From contig CAZSUC010000001.1 of the NCBI GenBank assembly GCA_964610055.1, positions 70,021-134,020 on the forward strand: 64,000 nt of DNA, in the 5' to 3' direction. The translations under genes and the position numbers were made by a program. The notes beneath the pieces were generated by a model that saw only the letters and a list, made by a program, of their open reading frames with translations, did no database searches and was not told where the DNA came from. Shown here one piece after another: positions 58,522-64,000 of this stretch (positions within the stretch are counted from its first letter, which is position 1; the number at the start of each line of letters is the position of its first letter). The DNA comes from an uncultured Candidatus Saccharibacteria bacterium (GTDB lineage: Bacteria; Patescibacteriota; Andersenbacteria; UBA10190).

Positions 58522-58538
58522 GTGATCTTTTTTCAACG

Positions 58539-58564
58539 TTAAAACCCGGTTTCCCGGGTTTTAA
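58539..58564 (-). terminator. intrinsic terminator-like hairpin after the membrane-protein gene and before the 23S promoter
   Basis: AAAACCCGG TTT CCCGGGTTTT palindrome; on the minus strand the stem CCCGG/CCGGG is followed by TTTTAAC. Confidence 0.45.
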
Positions 58565-58616
58565 CCGACTGCTGCGCAGCCATTGCTTTTGTGTTTCCTG
58601 TCACCAGGACTCGTGT

Positions 58617-59357
58617 CTACTTACTCTTATCTAAGAAGTCAGATTCGACTTTCTGTAGCCACTTCGCCGCCATATCTTTGCCTCCTAAGCCAAAGGCTAA
58701 GCCTCCAGCTAAGGCTGTCATTGCGAATAAAGCGGTTAATAAACTGTTGATTAAAGCCTCGGCAACCTTGAGCTGAATCAAAGCAGCCATTATTGCAAAA
58801 ATAATGATTGCCCACTTGCTCACTCCTGCGATTGCACCTCCGCTTGAAAAACCGGCAGCTTTAACACTGGCATTAACTGTCTTGGAGACAAAATTTGCCA
58901 GCACTACCGCGATGATCAAGATTAAAGCAGCAACAACTACGTTCGGTACATACGCCAACACTTGGCGCAAGAAACCTGATACGTCGTCTAGCCCCAAAAT
59001 ATCCGTTGCAGCCAACAAAGTTACTGCGATCAAGAACCATTTAATTACCTCGCCAAAAAGTCGAGGAATATTAACTTTCACGTTAGCGCGCGCTGCCGCA
59101 TTCTGCAGACCGGTCAAGTTATCAAAAGCCTGGTTTACGCGTAAAACCACTAACCCCTTTTCAATTAGACGACCCACTGCAACCGCTAGGGCCCAACCTA
59201 ATGAAAAGACTATTACAGCCGCAATCAAGTCAGGCAAAAATGTTATAAATTCATTCCACAATCCAGTGAGCGAACTTATAATAGCATCCCCCCAAGCCGA
59301 CACTGATCCTGAGCCTCCTCCGCTCGCAGCTTGTATATCATAAGGCATCACGCTCAC
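58617..59357 (-). CDS. membrane protein with repeated conserved TM-helix modules (MscS-associated TM_helix-like)
   Basis: 246 aa; repeated LPDLIAAVIVFSLGWALA...GRLIEKG / VPNVVVAALILIIAVVLANFVSK pattern; located inside the 16S-23S spacer. Confidence 0.4.
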   Translation of the reverse strand: MSVMPYDIQAASGGGSGSVSAWGDAIISSLTGLWNEFITFLPDLIAAVIVFSLGWALAVAVGRLIEKGLVVLRVNQAFDNLTGLQNAAARANVKVNIPRLFGEVIKWFLIAVTLLAATDILGLDDVSGFLRQVLAYVPNVVVAALILIIAVVLANFVSKTVNASVKAAGFSSGGAIAGVSKWAIIIFAIMAALIQLKVAEALINSLLTALFAMTALAGGLAFGLGGKDMAAKWLQKVESDFLDKSK

Positions 59358-59478
59358 CTCCTCTCAAGGAAATAATGAAGGATTTAACTCTTATTGGCCT
59401 AAACATACATCTTGCTTTTTGCTCTGTCAAAAAAGCGGGTTGCTGTCTTGCGACAACAACCCGTTCAAAACCAAAACA

Positions 59479-60120
59479 CTACTGGTTTTTCTTCCGAGCC
59501 AAGAATTCAAGCCCCTTGCCTACCTCAACGTTGATGGGAATCCCCTGCTTGCACAGCGGGCAATCTGCTTCATCCCAGGCGTCGAGCGTGACATTCGCCA
59601 GTGTGAACAGCTTTGGCACGTCTGCCAAATCCGCCGCCGTCACTCCTCCACGGTTGCAGAGAGCGCCAAGGCCAACCACCTCGCCTCCAACCGCTCTTAC
59701 GGCTTCCACTACCTTCCGAGCGGAACCGCCGGTCGTGAGCACGTCCTCTACTACCAGCACGCGCCTGCCGGTAATAAGTTTGTTGTACCCGCGCCTGATG
59801 ACGAATGTATCGCCAGCTTCTGATTTCTCGGAGTAAACGGCTAACACGTCTTTCCCGGAAGAAAGGGCGTAAGCTGTCCATTGGCTCAAGACCACGCCCC
59901 CGATAGCTGGGCCACACACCACTTGCACATTGTCGTTCGCGAAATTCGCTGCGATATGGCCGCAAAGCCACTCAGGGCACCGGGGGCGCACGTAAACCGC
60001 ATCCTTGTTGACGTATGCCGTACCATGCTTGCCCGACGTATACACGATATGGTCGCCGGTAATTACCGCTCCCACTTCGTGCAAAATCCGCAACACTTCT
60101 TCTGACGTAGATCCTGACAT
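59479..60120 (-). CDS. type I phosphoribosyltransferase (orotate PRTase-like)
   Basis: PRPP-binding motif VLVVEDVLTTGGSARK; 213 aa, the size of PyrE. About 60% GC versus about 42% in flanking DNA, which is why several overlapping stop-free ORFs appear on both strands. Confidence 0.6.
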   Translation of the reverse strand: MSGSTSEEVLRILHEVGAVITGDHIVYTSGKHGTAYVNKDAVYVRPRCPEWLCGHIAANFANDNVQVVCGPAIGGVVLSQWTAYALSSGKDVLAVYSEKSEAGDTFVIRRGYNKLITGRRVLVVEDVLTTGGSARKVVEAVRAVGGEVVGLGALCNRGGVTAADLADVPKLFTLANVTLDAWDEADCPLCKQGIPINVEVGKGLEFLARKKNQ

Positions 60121-60304
60121 AGGTCACCTCTGATTCAGTGCCTGATTGAAAGTACAAAACAGCCTGACCATCAAGCTGCTCCTGCCCTTAACTTAGGTAA
60201 TCAGCCTTAAATAGTCAAAACGCCCAGCGGGTGCCGTTTGTACAAAACGGCTCTGATCCCGCTGGGCTAAATCAGCCCCCAACCACACAGTAATCTTATA
60301 TCCG

Positions 60305-60375
60305 TGGACCTGAGGAGAATCGAACTCCTATCTCCCGGATGCAAACCGGGTGCTCTGCCACTAAGCTACAGGCCC
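60305..60375 (-). tRNA. tRNA-Ala (anticodon TGC)
   Basis: Acceptor GGGCCTG/CAGGTCC (G-U), anticodon stem CCCGG/CCGGG with loop TTTGCAT, T-arm GGAGTTCGATTCTCC. Confidence 0.8.
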
Positions 60376-60423
60376 TTCTAACCGTAATCTCACTGTACTG
60401 ACCCTTTTCAGTTTGTCAAAACC

Positions 60424-60672
60424 CTAGTCCCCGCCTACTCCAAATAAAAACAAAACTCTTTGAATAAACAGATTATACAAATCAAATGCCAGCATAAAAC
60501 CGCCAAAAATCAAAAATGTCCCAAATACTTTCCATGACATCCACCGCGCATTAACCGCTCCGAATATCTCGCTTATGTCTCCAAAATTTCGCAGCATCAT
60601 ATCTGTATATCTTACGCATATATATCCAGCTGCCATAATAAGCGCTCCTAAAATAAATAGTCCAAAGCTCAT
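60424..60672 (-). CDS. small hypothetical membrane protein (82 aa, two predicted TM helices)
   Basis: Hydrophobic segments flank a short loop; no family recognised; sits between the cca gene and tRNA-Ala. Confidence 0.35.
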   Translation of the reverse strand: MSFGLFILGALIMAAGYICVRYTDMMLRNFGDISEIFGAVNARWMSWKVFGTFLIFGGFMLAFDLYNLFIQRVLFLFGVGGD

Positions 60673-60690
60673 TTCCGTATTCTAACACAC

Positions 60691-62163
60691 TTATACATGA
60701 TATTTCCCCCGAATTTCGTTTTCACGGCGCTTTTCTTCTTCTTCTTTGGCTGCTTCGCCTAATCTCTTTAATTCCTCCGGATCTTTGTCTTTGAGTTTTT
60801 CTGCTTCTTTTATTAAATATTCCCGTGTATTTTTAAGTGGATCATTTAACACTTGAGCCAATAACGCGTTTAAAATACCGCCAATTTGCGGGCTTGGTTT
60901 TAGACCTAAGTCTGTCATTAAATCTTTGCCATTAATTGCCAACTGGTTCACCGTCACTGGTTCACTCGCCGCTTTTTCTACCAGAAATTGCAGATGACGC
61001 AAACGATACGGCTCTGCTTTTGGCACCCCCGATCCTTTGCGTTCCGCAATCCGCAATTTTATTAAATCATCGAAATTTTCTTGGCCTACTCGTCGCAATA
61101 ATCGGCGCGCGCCCGCTTCTGTCACTTTGCCAATATCATAGTAAAACATATGGTGTCTTACTAAATGAGTAACTTGCTTTATAAAATCATTTGAGAATCG
61201 CAATCGCTTTAATATGTTTTCTGTCATTTTTGCGCTCACAACATCATGTCCATAAAACGTATATTCACTTCCCTTGCGTCTGCGCGTGCGTGGTTTGCCA
61301 ACATCATGCAATAACGCCGCCCACCGCACCTGCGGCACATATTCATATTGAGCCGCAAATTGCAGTGACTTTATTAAATGAGTAAAAACATCATATTTAT
61401 GGTGCAAATTTTGCTCAATCCCTACTCCTTCTGCTAACTCTGGCATAATCTCTTGAAGCAATCCTGACTGTTGCAGCATTGCTAAACCGCTTTCCGGATG
61501 ATCACTCCCAATAATTTTATTTAATTCATCTCTAATTCGTTCTTGTGAAACTACTTTTATATTCCCGCTCATCGCACACAAACTATTCCAAGTCTCTTGC
61601 TCTATTTCAAAGTCTAATTGTGTTGCTAATCGAACCGCGCGCAATAAGCGCAAAGCATCTTCTTCAAACCTTTCTTTTGGATTTCCAACCGCTCTGATTT
61701 TTTGATCATGTAAATCTTTAATGCCGCCAAAATGGTCAATAATTGCCAGGCCATCAATAATAACGCTATTCGGTTGAGGCGCTGTTTCTGTGTTGGCCGC
61801 TAATGCGTTAATTGTAAAATCTCGCCGCGACAAATCCTCGGTCAAAGAAGTCGTAAAATCAACTTTATCCGGATGCCGTTGATCGCTGTATTGTCCCTCT
61901 GTGCGATAAGTTGTAACTTCAATCTCTTTTAATGACTCATCAAGTGTGTCATTTAACACACTTACCGTTCCAAACTTATTTTTATAAAAACTCTTAGGTA
62001 AAGCTTTTTGAATTTCATCTGGAGTTGCATTAGTTGTCACGTCCCAATCATGTGGAGTTCGTCCCAATAACAAATCCCGCACGCATCCACCCACAGCGTA
62101 GGCTTCAAAGCCTGCTTTTTGTAATGTCGCGATTACTGTTTGTACTTCAACCGGAATCGTCAT
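60691..62163 (-). CDS. cca: CCA-adding tRNA nucleotidyltransferase with HD domain
   Basis: Pol-beta head GGCVRDLLLGRTPHDWDV; HD motif LLHDVGKP; 490 aa. Confidence 0.8.
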   Translation of the reverse strand: MTIPVEVQTVIATLQKAGFEAYAVGGCVRDLLLGRTPHDWDVTTNATPDEIQKALPKSFYKNKFGTVSVLNDTLDESLKEIEVTTYRTEGQYSDQRHPDKVDFTTSLTEDLSRRDFTINALAANTETAPQPNSVIIDGLAIIDHFGGIKDLHDQKIRAVGNPKERFEEDALRLLRAVRLATQLDFEIEQETWNSLCAMSGNIKVVSQERIRDELNKIIGSDHPESGLAMLQQSGLLQEIMPELAEGVGIEQNLHHKYDVFTHLIKSLQFAAQYEYVPQVRWAALLHDVGKPRTRRRKGSEYTFYGHDVVSAKMTENILKRLRFSNDFIKQVTHLVRHHMFYYDIGKVTEAGARRLLRRVGQENFDDLIKLRIAERKGSGVPKAEPYRLRHLQFLVEKAASEPVTVNQLAINGKDLMTDLGLKPSPQIGGILNALLAQVLNDPLKNTREYLIKEAEKLKDKDPEELKRLGEAAKEEEEKRRENEIRGKYHV

Positions 62164-62190
62164 ATTAACCAGTATACATCCTTCCTACAG

Positions 62191-62264
62191 TGGGCACGCC
62201 TGGGCTCGAACCAGGGACCTCTTCATTATCAGTGAAGTGCTCTAGCCAGCTGAGCTACGTGCCC
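62191..62264 (-). tRNA. tRNA-Ile (anticodon GAT)
   Basis: Acceptor GGGCACG/CGTGCCC + A, anticodon stem CTTCA/TGAAG with loop CTGATAA, T-arm CCTGGTTCGAGCCCAGG. Confidence 0.85.
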
Positions 62265-62303
62265 GTGACCCTTATTTAACCCTCTAATCTGTATTTATGC
62301 AAG

Positions 62304-62335
62304 CAAAAACCCGGGATTATCTACCCGGGTTTTGC
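62304..62335. terminator. palindromic hairpin between the 16S 3' end and tRNA-Ile (terminator or processing stem)
   Basis: CAAAAACCCGGG ATTATCTA CCCGGGTTTTG; the same A-stem-T architecture on both strands. Confidence 0.4.
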
Positions 62336-62510
62336 TATGTGAATGTATTGCTATGCGCGAGTCGCAAACAGCTTGCCTCTTCCTCGTTCCGCATATTTAA
62401 AATGGAAGGAACGATTTCCATGTATTTAGCTGTTATCCTCGAGGGACAACAGTCGACCTTCTAGGCAATCTAAACTTGTCGCCAAGTCCTAGATTGTTTG
62501 TCAAATCCCT

Positions 62511-64000
<1,490 letters not shown>

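Noticed and set aside
59375-60157. Five overlapping ORFs on both strands (59375-59836+, 59419-59823+, 59570-59971-, 59881-60105+, 59972-60157-)
   Set aside because: They are stop-codon-poor frames produced by the roughly 60% GC island. Only the minus-strand frame 59479-60120 gives a recognisable PRTase with the VLVVEDVLTTGGS PRPP loop.

Overview
This window reads as a compact, low-GC (about 42% by eye) bacterial chromosome segment with Patescibacteria/CPR-like traits. Those traits are intron-bearing rRNA genes, a type IV pilus ATPase, sortase-type surface proteins and a minimal T4SS-like locus; the lineage call is inference. Coordinates 1-24,970 are an origin-of-replication neighbourhood. On the minus strand it runs polA (partial), tsaE, uppP, pilB, ruvB, then recF-dnaN-dnaA, with AT-rich DnaA-box regions on both sides of dnaA. 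A divergent rpmH-rnpA-yidD-yidC-jag operon follows on the plus strand. Also present are ruvC, yebC and a PBP1A gene. A 7TM/PKD membrane protein sits next to an ATP-grasp (RimK-like) protein fused to a retropepsin-like domain. Coordinates 24,976-31,508 encode a glycan-assembly cluster (Wzx-like flippase, three GT2 glycosyltransferases, and a tandem O-antigen-ligase/Wzy-like polytopic protein). Coordinates 31,469-43,822 are a roughly 12 kb co-directional, overlapping-gene locus with type IV secretion-like components. These are a VirB2-like pilin candidate, VirB4 split into two translationally coupled genes, a PrgI/VirB3-like protein and a VirB6-like polytopic protein. The locus also encodes large secreted Cys-rich proteins and paralogous Asp-rich (thrombospondin-type-3-like) repeat proteins. 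No relaxase, coupling protein or VirB11 is visible. Coordinates 43,843-53,443 hold housekeeping genes (rsmA, UvrD/PcrA helicase, LysM-M23 peptidase, NUDIX, HU, ymdB, nrnA, rbfA, infB) plus tRNA-Gly and tRNA-Pro. The 3' end of the window is a minus-strand rRNA locus. The 16S is partial: its 5' end lies just beyond the window end. Reading the locus in the minus-strand direction, the order is 16S, tRNA-Ile(GAT), a CCA-adding enzyme gene and a small membrane-protein gene, tRNA-Ala(TGC), a GC-rich (about 60%) phosphoribosyltransferase gene and a membrane-protein gene, then a 23S and a 5S. The 23S carries two group I introns, one of which encodes a LAGLIDADG homing endonuclease. There is a near-consensus promoter immediately upstream of the 23S, and palindromic hairpins separate the units. 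No CRISPR arrays or transposases were seen.
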